In this document: piece after piece, positions 1-9,866 of the stretch | Layout: every line of letters begins with the position of its first letter | How positions within the stretch are numbered: position 1 is the stretch's first letter | NCBI GenBank assembly: GCA_041601615.1 | Contig: JBFIHX010000001.1 | Coordinates: forward strand, 288,001-352,000 | From: Thermoplasmatota archaeon | Lineage (GTDB): Archaea > Thermoplasmatota > E2 > JACPAO01 > JAHFTW01 | Direction: 5' to 3' | Length of the DNA stretch: 64,000 nucleotides | Translations under genes and position numbers: made by a program | The notes under the pieces: model-generated | Seen by the model: the letters and a program-made list of their open reading frames with translations, nothing else | Told to the model about the DNA's origin: nothing | Database searches by the model: none

Positions 1-102
1 GCAGCCCAAGACCGCATTGGATTCACTGAGTTCGACAGCGGATGCTGCAGGCGTCAGGAGCAGGGCGAGCAACATCAAAGTCGCGATTTTGTATATTTTC
101 AT
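1..102 (-). CDS. 5' end of a secreted protein (signal peptide), runs off the left edge
   Basis: The reverse strand reads MKIYKIATLMLLALLLTPAASA-VELSESNAVLGC from ATG 102. It has a basic N-region, hydrophobic core and ASA cleavage site, with a GGTGA Shine-Dalgarno at 107-111. Not in the ORF track. Confidence 0.7.
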   Translation of the reverse strand, partial: MKIYKIATLMLLALLLTPAASAVELSESNAVLGC

Positions 103-310
103 ATATTCACCTTTTTTGATTGATATTGATTGCAACTATAGCACAATCATGAATCAATCTGCTCCTGAATTATGGACCTAGTTATTATATGAGCTGCCGA
201 TTTACGGACGACTGTTAGTTCACATGTTTCGCGGTTGCCTTTGGCCCCATGGTGCGGGTGAAGAATCCTTCATTCACAACGGCTTTTCACACAAGGCGAT
301 TGGGGAATCC

Positions 311-637
311 GTGCAGTCGGTTCCTTGGCTCAGCTACATCCCGGTTCCAGGGCTCCAGGCGGTCGCTGTCTACCTTGCCCCCGAAGACCCACTGACGCGC
401 TACCACGCGTGGCAGGGAGGCACCCTTGTGGCCCTGCTGTATGCGTTCTTGGTCCTCGTGGGACTCCTTGCCCGGGCCAGCGATGCCGCCGCGTTTCTTG
501 CGACCATGGGACTGTTTTCCGGCTTCGGGCTCCTAGCCGGTGTTGCGGGGCTCGTGTACGGCGCAGTTTCGGCCGCGCGCGGTCGCTACGGCAGGGTTCG
601 GCCCATCTGGGACCTAATAGCAGCCCTCAAAACCTAG
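311..637 (+). CDS. Small membrane protein, DUF4870/Tic20-like
   Basis: 'WLSYIP...RYHAWQG' followed by hydrophobic helices and 'A.RG.Y.R.P'. Start moved to GTG 311. Confidence 0.6.
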   Translation: MQSVPWLSYIPVPGLQAVAVYLAPEDPLTRYHAWQGGTLVALLYAFLVLVGLLARASDAAAFLATMGLFSGFGLLAGVAGLVYGAVSAARGRYGRVRPIWDLIAALKT

Positions 638-1863
638 GCCTTCGCCGCTTGGCTCTCAACCGAGACCGGATATCCTTCTTCTTGCAAGACACGCGCCAGT
701 TCCTCGATGTGATCGTGGCCTCGAGTTTCCACTTCTACTTCGACATGGGTGCGGTGCAATGGAACATTGGCGCGGAACCGCTCGTGGCGCACATCGAGGA
801 CGTTTGCCTTGTGCTCGGCCAGTAGGGTGAGAAGCTGCGCGATGGCGCCGGGGCGGTCCGGAACCTCCGTGCCGAACACCGCGATACGTCCCTCGGTGAC
901 AAGCCCGCGGTTGATGATGCGGCTCAGAAGCGTCATATCGATGTTGCCCCCGCTGACAATCGCGCACGCCTTCTTGCCCTTCACATCCACATGACCATGC
1001 AGTGCCGCCGCGAGGGCAACGGCGCCTGCCCCTTCGGCTCCGACCTTGGTGCGCTCCAGCAAGTGCAAGATGGTGGTGGCAATCTCCGCCTCGCTGACGG
1101 TGACGACTTCGTCCACGTGTTTTTGGATGGCCTCGAACGTTAGTGTGCCCAATTTGCGGCACGCAATACCGTCCGCCATCGTGTGCACTTCATCGATGGG
1201 CACAACACGGCCTTTCTGGAGGCTTTGCGCCACCGTGCTTGCGCCTTCCGCCTGCACACCCACAATGCGACACTCGGGACGCAACGCCTTGACCGCAGTG
1301 GCAACGCCGCCGATGAGCCCGCCGCCGCCAATCGGCACCAGGAGAATGTCCAGGTCTGGAATCTCTTCAAGAATCTCCAAGCCCATGGTGCCCTGGCCCG
1401 CCATGATGAACGGATCGTCAAACGCATGCACGAACACCTTGCCCTTGTCCTCCTGGTAGGCCCGGGCATATTCGTAGGCCTCCTGGTAATCCATGCCCCG
1501 CAAGTGGACCTTGGCCCCGTAGCCACGCGTAGCAACTACCTTCGACAGGGTGGCATCCGTGGGCATGAACACATCGCTCTGGACGCCCGCCGCTGTGGCC
1601 GCAAACGCGACTCCCTGGGCGTGGTTGCCTGCACTCGCCGCGACAACACCGGCCGCCTTCTCCTGGCGCGTCAAGCTGTGGATCTTGTTGAGTGCCCCTC
1701 GAACTTTGAAGGAGCCCGTGCGCTGAAAGGTCTCCAATTTCAGGTACATATCGCCGCCCGTGAGCGCCGAAAGCGTCGAAGAACGCTTCATGGGCGTGTT
1801 GCGCACTTCGCCCCGAATGACCTCTCGCGCACGCTGAATGTCCTCAAGGCCAATGCCGGGCAC
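634..1863 (-). CDS. ilvA: Threonine ammonia-lyase (threonine dehydratase) with C-terminal ACT domain
   Basis: PLP-lysine motif TGSFKVRGA, plus ASAGNHAQGVA, GGGGL, SGGNID and ACT 'PDRPGA'. Confidence 0.95.
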   Translation of the reverse strand: MPGIGLEDIQRAREVIRGEVRNTPMKRSSTLSALTGGDMYLKLETFQRTGSFKVRGALNKIHSLTRQEKAAGVVAASAGNHAQGVAFAATAAGVQSDVFMPTDATLSKVVATRGYGAKVHLRGMDYQEAYEYARAYQEDKGKVFVHAFDDPFIMAGQGTMGLEILEEIPDLDILLVPIGGGGLIGGVATAVKALRPECRIVGVQAEGASTVAQSLQKGRVVPIDEVHTMADGIACRKLGTLTFEAIQKHVDEVVTVSEAEIATTILHLLERTKVGAEGAGAVALAAALHGHVDVKGKKACAIVSGGNIDMTLLSRIINRGLVTEGRIAVFGTEVPDRPGAIAQLLTLLAEHKANVLDVRHERFRANVPLHRTHVEVEVETRGHDHIEELARVLQEEGYPVSVESQAAKA

Positions 1864-1886
1864 GGCGTTGGCGACCCAACATCAAT

Positions 1887-2828
1887 TCAAGGCTTTGCCG
1901 CAACCTGAACGGCCGCCGGGGCCGACGAAATGCGCGCACGATTGATCAAAAGCAGCCCCGCAAGCACCAAGGCGGCGCCAACGACGAAGAACACCGAAAC
2001 AGGCTCTCGAATCAGAATCGCGCCTGCAAGTGTTGCGACCACCGGGACCGCGTAGATGTACGAGGTAATCTCGCTGGCCGTGCGGAAGCGCAGGCTCAGG
2101 TTCCAAATGGTGTAGCCCGCCAGCGTCGCCGCGATGCTCACGTAAGCAAGCCAGAACCAACCCAAGCCGTCCAGCGCCGAGAGCGGAGCGACACCGTAGG
2201 ACAAGCCGAGCGGCAGAAGCATCAAGGTGCCCAGACTCATGGTCAAGCCACTGACGAACAGGCCACCGTACTTCGTGATGAGCGGCTTGGCGAGGATGCT
2301 GTAGCCACCCCACAGAATCGGCGCCAGCAACGCAATGAGGGTCTTCTTGGCCGCGACGAATTCCGCCTCGCCCGTGCCCAAAAACACCACGAAAGCGACC
2401 CCCGAGAAGGCGACGAGGCCGCCAACGAGCTTGCGGCCATCCAGCTGTTCCTGGCGCGACAAAATCGCCATCAGCATCGTCCACAACGGAGTCGTGGCCA
2501 CGAGAATCGCACCCGTGGCACCCGTGACGCTCGGGCCCGGTGTTAAATCCGACAAGGCCCAGTTCAGGGGAAAGTGGTAGCCGATGACGCCGAGGGAGCC
2601 CGCGATGGCCATGCGCACCCAATCGCCGCCCGAAACCAGCTTGAATCGGTGCCGGCGCTTGAGGAGAATCCAAGTGCCAAAACCCAGCAGGAACGGCACA
2701 TAGCGATACCAAGTAAGCTGGAACGGGTCCAGCGTGGAACCGAGCACTTTGATGGAAACAAACGCAGTGCCCCAAATCAGGACAAGGATCGCCATCCAGC
2801 CATCCACCGCATCGACGCGCCGCTCCAC
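1887..2828 (-). CDS. EamA/DMT family transporter
   Basis: About 10 TM helices in two EamA repeats (IWGTAF...K; LWGGYSILAK). Probable start GTG 2828. Confidence 0.9.
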   Translation of the reverse strand: MERRVDAVDGWMAILVLIWGTAFVSIKVLGSTLDPFQLTWYRYVPFLLGFGTWILLKRRHRFKLVSGGDWVRMAIAGSLGVIGYHFPLNWALSDLTPGPSVTGATGAILVATTPLWTMLMAILSRQEQLDGRKLVGGLVAFSGVAFVVFLGTGEAEFVAAKKTLIALLAPILWGGYSILAKPLITKYGGLFVSGLTMSLGTLMLLPLGLSYGVAPLSALDGLGWFWLAYVSIAATLAGYTIWNLSLRFRTASEITSYIYAVPVVATLAGAILIREPVSVFFVVGAALVLAGLLLINRARISSAPAAVQVAAKP

Positions 2829-2935
2829 GGGCCGAGCGACAAGGGCCTCATGAAAAAGACCGCCGCAGCGGGCCATCCAAGTCCCGACTCACACCCGACG
2901 GGCTTAAACCGGTCCCACCCTGGTCCGGATTCCCC

Positions 2936-4243
2936 ATGAGCGAGGCGTCCGAGTCCCAAGACCAAGGCCTACTCGACCGACTGCCCTGGTACACCGTGCC
3001 CGGCCTCCTGCTCGGCATTCCGTTGATGCTTTGGATCGGCACCAAAATCGCTCGCGACGCGGTCTACAGCAACTTCGTCTGCAAATACTACTGGGGCCCC
3101 ATCAAGGCCGACGCCATCACCGGCAGCAGTCAATACGACTGCGGCAACGGTGTCATCGCCCAAGCCGGCTACAACCTCGTCAACACCGCCTCCTGGGCCG
3201 TGCTGCTCGGTGTCTGTATCGTGGGCTTGGCTCAGATGCTCAAGCACTACAAGCAAGACATGGACAGCAAACTCATTCTCGGCGCCACCGCTTGGGTCGT
3301 CGCCGGCAGCATCTTCCACGTCCTGCAAGACACGGACCTGTTCCGTCAACCCCTGGAATTCCTGTTCATCACCCCGCCCATCTACCTGATGTTTGGCGCC
3401 GGCGGTGTCGGCAGCTTCCTCTTGGCCCAGTACGGCCGATTCATCCAAGACAAAACCAGCAGCCTCGAAGCAGCCATGCAAAAGATCTGGTTCATCCACA
3501 TCATTGGCATCCTGATGTACACCGCGCTCTGGCTCAAGGGCTGGGAGCAAATTGAATACTACGTCAACCCCGTCTTCTTCGCACTCTACATGATGGCCGG
3601 CTTCCTCTTGTGGCGCTACCGCACCAACAAGAAGGGCCACATCGACGCCGCCGAAACCACGATGATCTTCGCATTGCCGTGGTTCCTCCTGAGCCTCAAC
3701 TACGTCCTGCGGTTCCAACAGGAACCCTGGGTCCCCCAACGCATCAACGAAGGCCTCGAATTCGCGTTCTGGGCCGCTCCCCTCGCGGCCGCCGCCGTCG
3801 CTGGCATCGTTTACTTCGTTGCCAAGAAACTCGCCGCCAAGGGCAAAGAAGGCGCCCTCGCCTATCTCGTCCCGATCAACCTCGTGTTGATCTTCAGCCA
3901 AATGGTGGACGGCATCGCCACCGCCATCGGCATCGACCTCGGCCCCATCCTCAGCGACAGTGGCTACAGCGAGAAGCACGTGCTCAGCGAACTGGTGCGC
4001 CAAGGATTCGAAAATCTCGCCTCCTGGACCGGCTGGGACACCGGCGCCAAGTTCCCCACCTTCTTTGGATTCGCACCCATCAAGTTGGCCGTGAGTCTGC
4101 TGGTGATCTACGTCATCGACGTCCAGTCCAAAGAGGACGTCAAGAAGTACCCGACCCTCATCGGGCTCATCAAGTTCGCCATCATCATGGTCGGCATCGG
4201 ACCCGGCATCCGCAATATGGTTCGGATGAGTCTGGGTGTCTAA
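2936..4243 (+). CDS. DUF63 family archaeal membrane protein
   Basis: GYNLVNT, DGIAT, EKHVL and GIGPGIRNMVR motifs, multi-TM. TTAAAC box about 30 nt upstream. Confidence 0.8.
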   Translation: MSEASESQDQGLLDRLPWYTVPGLLLGIPLMLWIGTKIARDAVYSNFVCKYYWGPIKADAITGSSQYDCGNGVIAQAGYNLVNTASWAVLLGVCIVGLAQMLKHYKQDMDSKLILGATAWVVAGSIFHVLQDTDLFRQPLEFLFITPPIYLMFGAGGVGSFLLAQYGRFIQDKTSSLEAAMQKIWFIHIIGILMYTALWLKGWEQIEYYVNPVFFALYMMAGFLLWRYRTNKKGHIDAAETTMIFALPWFLLSLNYVLRFQQEPWVPQRINEGLEFAFWAAPLAAAAVAGIVYFVAKKLAAKGKEGALAYLVPINLVLIFSQMVDGIATAIGIDLGPILSDSGYSEKHVLSELVRQGFENLASWTGWDTGAKFPTFFGFAPIKLAVSLLVIYVIDVQSKEDVKKYPTLIGLIKFAIIMVGIGPGIRNMVRMSLGV

Positions 4244-4461
4244 ACCCGAACCGGGTGGCCGAGCGCAGCAAGCACCGCCGTTTGCGTCCTTCGCCCCACT
4301 GTATCATTCCGCCTCCGCCGCTTCGACCCTACGTTTCCGGCTGTTTTTGCGGATTTGCCAAGCGAATGCCCATAGGGACGGTGTAGGTTCGTTTGCCAGT
4401 CGCTTCCCTGGATCTGCATGCAGGTTCAAGCTGGATGCGGCGCACTCCAGGAGAACCTACA

Positions 4462-5310
4462 ATGGCAACCTACAACGTCGAAAACCAATGGGGCGGAAGC
4501 AAGGCACAGTGGAACAAAGGAGGTGTCTTCGTTCTTGGCGCCCGGGACGACAAGCCTCAGAATATGGTCGCCATAGACATCAAATCTGGAGACGGCGGCA
4601 AGACCTTCACCGGCACCATGACGTACGAAGGCGAAGGCCCCATCGGGTTCAAGGCGAGCCTGATTGGCAACAACAACTACACGGTCGAGAACCAATGGGG
4701 CGGCAACACGGCGCCCTGGCACCCCGGCGGAACCTTCGTGATTGGCTACCGGGAGAACCAACTCGTGGTGGCGGTGGACATCGAGTCCAGCGACGGCGGC
4801 AAGAGCTTCACCGGCACCATGACCTACGCGGGCGAGGGTCCGATTGGTTTCAAGGCCGAAGAAATCGCCAACGACAACGCATACCACACGCAAAACCAGT
4901 GGGGCGGCAACACGGCTCCATGGCATGAGGGCGGCGTGTTCGTCCTGGGCGGTCGCAGCAATCAGCCGATGGTTGCCATCGATGTGACTTCCCCGGACCA
5001 AGGAAAAACGCTCACTGGCACAATGACCTACGCGGGCGAAGGACCCATCGGATTCCGTGGCACCCTGAATGGAGCGGGCAACTACGCTGTCGAAAACCAA
5101 TGGGGCGGCGACAAGGCGCCCTGGCACGACGGCGGCAACTGGCTCATCGGCTTCCGCAGCGACAAGCAAAACGTGGTCGCACTCAAGGCGACTTCGCAAG
5201 ACATGGGCAAGACGCTCATCGGCACACTGACCTACGCCGGCGAGGGCCCGATTGGCCTCACGGCAAATTGCCTCGGCGTGCCTCGCATGCAAGAGCGCGC
5301 CATCGCCTAA
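4462..5310 (+). CDS. OAA-family (Oscillatoria agardhii agglutinin / myxobacterial hemagglutinin-like) high-mannose lectin, 4 repeats
   Basis: Four ~66-aa repeats 'Y.VENQWGG..APWH.GG...G.MTYAGEGPIGF' starting at 4471, 4678, 4882 and 5083. AGGAG RBS at 4449-4453. Confidence 0.92.
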   Translation: MATYNVENQWGGSKAQWNKGGVFVLGARDDKPQNMVAIDIKSGDGGKTFTGTMTYEGEGPIGFKASLIGNNNYTVENQWGGNTAPWHPGGTFVIGYRENQLVVAVDIESSDGGKSFTGTMTYAGEGPIGFKAEEIANDNAYHTQNQWGGNTAPWHEGGVFVLGGRSNQPMVAIDVTSPDQGKTLTGTMTYAGEGPIGFRGTLNGAGNYAVENQWGGDKAPWHDGGNWLIGFRSDKQNVVALKATSQDMGKTLIGTLTYAGEGPIGLTANCLGVPRMQERAIA

Positions 5311-5373
5311 TTGGGCGCCTTGGCCCAGCCTGCGCGCAACTCTGTGGCCGTGTCCTGGCGTTGCGCGTTCCGC

Positions 5374-5415
5374 CTCTTCCCTTCTTTCCTCGTTCTTTCC
5401 TTCTGTCCTTCCTTC
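5374..5415 (+). terminator. Pyrimidine-rich tract between convergent genes, probable archaeal terminator
   Basis: About 40 nt of almost pure C/T downstream of the lectin stop codon. Confidence 0.4.
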
Positions 5416-5449
5416 GTTCCGGCTCCGTGTCGATACCGGGCGTGGGCGG

Positions 5450-8089
5450 CTACGTCCAGCTTTGCAGCTGGGCTCCGGTTTTGCCTTCCGCCACGTCGCG
5501 CCCTGCGAGCTTCACGGAAACGCGATTTCCAAGGCGCGCCCGGACTTTGCGCATCTCTCCGAGTTCGTCGTCGTAGAATTCGCCAAACTCGGCCAGATCT
5601 TCAGTAGAGAATCGCTGCGGCGCCTCAATGTCGGACACGAACAGCATGGATTCCCATTCATCCACGGAGTAGGGGCCGCCGGGCAAGTCGCGGGCGGGGA
5701 TGCGGGCTTCGATGCCGTCGTCGAGGAGTACCCAGAGGCTCGATGCCATGACTCCAGTGATGCGGGCGGCTGCGGTGCTGAAGGCGGTTTCGCCGTGCAG
5801 GCTGGCAAGCACCAAGCAAGCACTTTTGATGCGTCGTTCGAGGGCGTCGGCTGCGCGTTCTTGGTCGGAGCAGTGGTCGCACATGCGTTGCAGCTCGTCG
5901 GCCGGGTGCAGCGGTTCCTCGCCGGCAATCATCGCTTTGAGATTGCGGTGGACCACGAGGTCTGGGTAGCGTCGAATGGGGCTTGTGAAGTGGCAGTAGT
6001 GGGTGCTTGCGAGGCCAAAGTGCCCTTCGTTGTCGGGGGTGTAGTATGCGCGACCCATGCAGCGAAGCAGGCACAGGGTTCCGACCTCTGCCTTATTGGG
6101 GCTTGCCGCTGCGAACGCTTCGACGGCGTTGCGGAAGGGAGCGAGCCAGGCGTCTTGTTCATCGGGGGTGAGCCCGGCAAATCCCTTGTCGGCTTCGGGC
6201 GCCTCCAATTCGACGGGACCATCGTCGTCCTCGTCGTCAGCCGGGGCGCCGCCGCCCGTGAAGTTCATGCCGCCGCCAAACAGATTCAGGCTGCCGCCGC
6301 CGGCTTTGAGTTGATCAAGGAGGCTCATGCCGCCGCTGGCGCTTGCTTCTTTCTGGGCTTTTTCGGGAAGCGCAAAGTCGATGTCGAATCCGAGGACCTG
6401 GGCCTGGTGGCCGAACCGTTCGGCCTTCTGCGCGTCGGGCAGCGGGTGGCAGCGGTACAACAGGGGCTGGTCGTGGTCGGCTAGGTGCCGGGCGACAGCC
6501 TCGTTGGCTGTTACCATGAAGGTCTCGATCATGCGCGTGGCGTCATCGGCGTGCTTTTCGAGGCTGCTGAAGCCGGATTCTTCCAGCAGCACCTTCAGTT
6601 CCCCCGTCTCCAAAGCGAGGCCTTTGCGGTGGCTGCGCATGCGAGCGGCGAGATCGAAGAGAGCTTGGAATTCCTTGTTTCCTGCGTCGCGTCGGGCCAG
6701 GGCATCGGCGTAGGCGAGGTTTTCGGTGACGCGAATGAGCGCCTTGTGGAACGTGGCGCTGCCGACGCTGCCGTCGGCTTCGATGGTGATGGCGGCCGAG
6801 AGAGCAAACCGGTCGCCGTCGTCGCGCAGGCTGCACAAGTGATCGGCGATGCGGTGTGGAAGCATGGGCAGGACGCGGCCGGGCAGGTAGACGCTGGTGG
6901 CGCGGTCTTTGGCGTGCTTGTCGAGGTAGGAGCCGGGGCGCACGTAGTGGCTCACGTCGGCGATGTGGACCCAGAGTTTGGTGCGTCCATCACCTAGGTC
7001 TTCAGTGCCCACGGCGTCGTCGAAGTCTTTGGCGTCCGGCGGGTCGATGGTATGGCAGCGCAAGTGGCGCAAGTCCTCGCGTCCTGGGTCGCCGGGGGCC
7101 GGTTCGGGCAATTCGTTGGCGTCGGCGTTGGCGCGTTCGTCGGGTTTGTGCTGGAAGAACGGTTCTTGGTTGACGTGGCGGCGCATGAGTCCTTGGACCG
7201 CGTCTTCGCTGTTCCAGAGGCCGGATTCGAGCAGGAAGTGGATGTAGTCGCTGCTGCGGCTGGTGTGGGCGCTGCGGATCCAATCTTGCGCCAGGAATCC
7301 AAGGATGCGGTGTAGGTCCATCCCAAACGCTTGCACGGCGCCGAATCCTCCAATGCCAAACAGTGGCTCCGTGGCTGCAAGTCGGTCAAATTGGCCGTCT
7401 TGTTCGATGCTTTGCACCATGGCGTCCTTGACCCAAGCGAGGGTTGCCTGATCGGCGTCGGTGAGAGCCGCGTCGGCGAGTTCCACGCGAACAAACGCTC
7501 GACCTTCTTCAGTTTCCTCCACCGCAACGAGGCGGGCGCGCAGGTCTTCGAGGGCACGAAACGCAACGCGCATTTGGTCACGTTCGGTGCGAGTCCAGGG
7601 GCGCCATGTGTCGCCGCGTCCGGCTACGGTCTCGAACCGTCCGACGCCCCGCCTGCGGCAGCGGTCGAGCGCGTCGCGGACTTGTTTTCGTTGCAAGCCA
7701 CTGGCGGCGTCGCCGTAGTGCAATGCGGCCAATTCGTCCTCGGTCCAGGCGCGGTCCTGGTCGCAGGCGGCCTCCCAGAGGTCTTCTTCGAGTGCTCCAA
7801 GGTCGTCTTCTGCTTCTTCGGCAAGCCGTCCGTCCGTGTGCAATTCCAAGAGTTGGCGCAGGCGCGATAGGGTTGCTTCTTCGTTGCGAAGGTCGCCGTC
7901 AAACCGTTGCTTGAAGACGCGCTTGGTGACGTGTTCGGCTTTGAGGTCGAGGCGGCCCTTGATGGTGGCGACCGTGACCCACGGAACGCCCTTGCGTCGC
8001 TGGCGCGTCACGAGGATGCCGAGGTTTTGTGGCGCGTCGATGCCATGCAGGCCGCTGCGGAACTCCATCACGTCGCCAGGCTTCGCCAT
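5450..8089 (-). CDS. rnr: RNase R / RNase II-family (RNB domain) exoribonuclease with atypical N-terminus
   Basis: TIDPPDAKDFDDA catalytic motif, VHIADVSHYV, HFTSPIRRYPDLVVHR and a C-terminal S1-like domain. Confidence 0.88.
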   Translation of the reverse strand: MAKPGDVMEFRSGLHGIDAPQNLGILVTRQRRKGVPWVTVATIKGRLDLKAEHVTKRVFKQRFDGDLRNEEATLSRLRQLLELHTDGRLAEEAEDDLGALEEDLWEAACDQDRAWTEDELAALHYGDAASGLQRKQVRDALDRCRRRGVGRFETVAGRGDTWRPWTRTERDQMRVAFRALEDLRARLVAVEETEEGRAFVRVELADAALTDADQATLAWVKDAMVQSIEQDGQFDRLAATEPLFGIGGFGAVQAFGMDLHRILGFLAQDWIRSAHTSRSSDYIHFLLESGLWNSEDAVQGLMRRHVNQEPFFQHKPDERANADANELPEPAPGDPGREDLRHLRCHTIDPPDAKDFDDAVGTEDLGDGRTKLWVHIADVSHYVRPGSYLDKHAKDRATSVYLPGRVLPMLPHRIADHLCSLRDDGDRFALSAAITIEADGSVGSATFHKALIRVTENLAYADALARRDAGNKEFQALFDLAARMRSHRKGLALETGELKVLLEESGFSSLEKHADDATRMIETFMVTANEAVARHLADHDQPLLYRCHPLPDAQKAERFGHQAQVLGFDIDFALPEKAQKEASASGGMSLLDQLKAGGGSLNLFGGGMNFTGGGAPADDEDDDGPVELEAPEADKGFAGLTPDEQDAWLAPFRNAVEAFAAASPNKAEVGTLCLLRCMGRAYYTPDNEGHFGLASTHYCHFTSPIRRYPDLVVHRNLKAMIAGEEPLHPADELQRMCDHCSDQERAADALERRIKSACLVLASLHGETAFSTAAARITGVMASSLWVLLDDGIEARIPARDLPGGPYSVDEWESMLFVSDIEAPQRFSTEDLAEFGEFYDDELGEMRKVRARLGNRVSVKLAGRDVAEGKTGAQLQSWT

Positions 8090-8160
8090 GATGTGCGCGA
8101 GCTTGCCTTGTCAGAAAAGGGGCACGCAAGGTGTTTCATCTTCGGCGTGCTGGCCCATGC

Positions 8161-9144
8161 ATGCGCTTGTTCGTAGTCGCCTTGCTCTTGCTGATGCCCC
8201 TTGCGGGTTGCTTGGATAGTCCCGCAGATCCGGCCACGGGTGCCGGGCTCAGTGCTATGGAGGCTCGAACGGTTGCCCAGAAGGAGGCAAAACTGTGGGA
8301 TTCCGGCGCCCAATTGGCTGGCGTGATGTACCTCGAGGGTGAAGCTGTGCCCCAAAACGGGACCCCCGCGGCGCCCGAGTTTGCAGACGGCCGTGCCGAC
8401 GCGTACGCATTCTTTTTCACGGCGCCTGAGCAAGAATCGGCTTGGAATGTCACGGTGGGAGGCAACGGCCGCGTCTTGTTTGCCGGCCCTGAGGACACCG
8501 AAGATCTTGTGCCCCTTCGCGACTGGCGCGTGGATTCGCCAGCACTCTTTGCCACGCTTCGCGCCGAAGCGGAAGGGTTTGCAGATCGTGTGGATTCCTC
8601 CGAGGACGGCAACATGTTCGGGTTCTTGGTGACGGACCTAGACGAAGACAATTTCGACTTCAACGGCACGTTGTGGATTGTCCTGGAGGGCTCGGACAAA
8701 TTCTACATGCACATCGTGGACGCCTCCAACGGAACCCTGTTGGGTTCCTTCGATTTTGCGATGATCATCGATGGAATGATTGCCGAATCCGGGTCTTTTT
8801 CGGGAACCTTGACCGCGCTTGCGTCCTCGGCGAGTCATGCGTTCGAGCTTGAGAACGACCACGAAGGCATCGGATTCCGGTTGGCCGCGGAGACATCCGT
8901 TCCCTTGGATTCGGTGCGGGTCAACGTGACCGGCCCCGGCGGCAGCCACGAGGAGTTCGTGTTGGCTTTGCTGCCGGGCGACTCGGCCTATTTCGAAATC
9001 GAGCCCGCCACCGCCGGTAACTGGGAGGCTCGCGTGGACCTACAGGGCTTTGCAACGCGCTACACGCTCGATTACTGCACTTCGGGCATCCCCGCCACGT
9101 TTGCCTCCCCATTCAGCTCCCCGTGCTTCCGGGTGCAGCAGTGA
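8161..9144 (+). CDS. Lipoprotein of unknown function (PepSY-like segments, C-terminal beta-sandwich)
   Basis: MRLFVVALLLLMPLAGC lipobox; acidic soluble body. Confidence 0.75.
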   Translation: MRLFVVALLLLMPLAGCLDSPADPATGAGLSAMEARTVAQKEAKLWDSGAQLAGVMYLEGEAVPQNGTPAAPEFADGRADAYAFFFTAPEQESAWNVTVGGNGRVLFAGPEDTEDLVPLRDWRVDSPALFATLRAEAEGFADRVDSSEDGNMFGFLVTDLDEDNFDFNGTLWIVLEGSDKFYMHIVDASNGTLLGSFDFAMIIDGMIAESGSFSGTLTALASSASHAFELENDHEGIGFRLAAETSVPLDSVRVNVTGPGGSHEEFVLALLPGDSAYFEIEPATAGNWEARVDLQGFATRYTLDYCTSGIPATFASPFSSPCFRVQQ

Positions 9145-9866
9145 ACCTTGGACCCTCCACTGCACTCCCGCACGGCATGGTGCGCCGAGACGTGTTGCTG
9201 TGCCTTGGCGAGGAGCCCCGCGAAGTGGAAATTGCGCTCGACAAGGCCGGCGCGCCGCCCCCGACGGCAAGCCACCAGCACCGGACTTTTCATGCGGTGC
9301 TTCGAGACGACGTATTGTGCCTGGATGGAGGCCTCGGAAGCCCGATGGTCGAAAAGGCGCTCTGGGAACTGCTCGGAACGGGCCGCGTGCAGCGACTCCT
9401 TTTGGTGGGCACCGCCGGGAGCCTGGATGGATTCAGTGGAGAATCAGGCCGCCCGTACCTGTGTGATCCGGCCCGAAGTCTGTACCAGAATTTCGACGCC
9501 CCGCCCCATGCCACTTGGAGTCCGACCATGAACGTGGACTTGCCTCGGGCCGCCATCATGAGCAGCGACCGTTTCTATGGGTTCAGCCATGTGGTGCAGG
9601 GCAAGTATCCCGCCGAACCGGGCTTGCAGGAAGCCTGGTCGCGCCACCGCAACGACGACGCACTCGTGGACATGGAGGTCGCGGCGTTCTATCATTACTG
9701 CGAATCATTCGACCGCTCCGGCAAAGTCGAGTACGCGGCCATCAAGGCGAGTGCCAACCGTGTAGCCGACTTGCCGAGTTTGCCGCTGCACTCGGCAAAG
9801 ACCTTGGATCGAGTCGTGGCAGCCGCGTGGCCGCTGCTTGGGACCTTGGGCCGAGCAAACGATTAG
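9141..9866 (+). CDS. Nucleoside phosphorylase / MTA-SAH nucleosidase-fold protein
   Basis: LVGTAGSL, SSDRFY and VDMEVAAF motifs. The GTG start overlaps the upstream TGA. Confidence 0.65.
   Translation: MNLGPSTALPHGMVRRDVLLCLGEEPREVEIALDKAGAPPPTASHQHRTFHAVLRDDVLCLDGGLGSPMVEKALWELLGTGRVQRLLLVGTAGSLDGFSGESGRPYLCDPARSLYQNFDAPPHATWSPTMNVDLPRAAIMSSDRFYGFSHVVQGKYPAEPGLQEAWSRHRNDDALVDMEVAAFYHYCESFDRSGKVEYAAIKASANRVADLPSLPLHSAKTLDRVVAAAWPLLGTLGRAND

Noticed and set aside
4462-5310. ~200-bp DNA repeats as a CRISPR or repeat array
   Set aside because: They are in-frame protein repeats of the lectin. No spacer-repeat array or cas gene was seen anywhere in the window.
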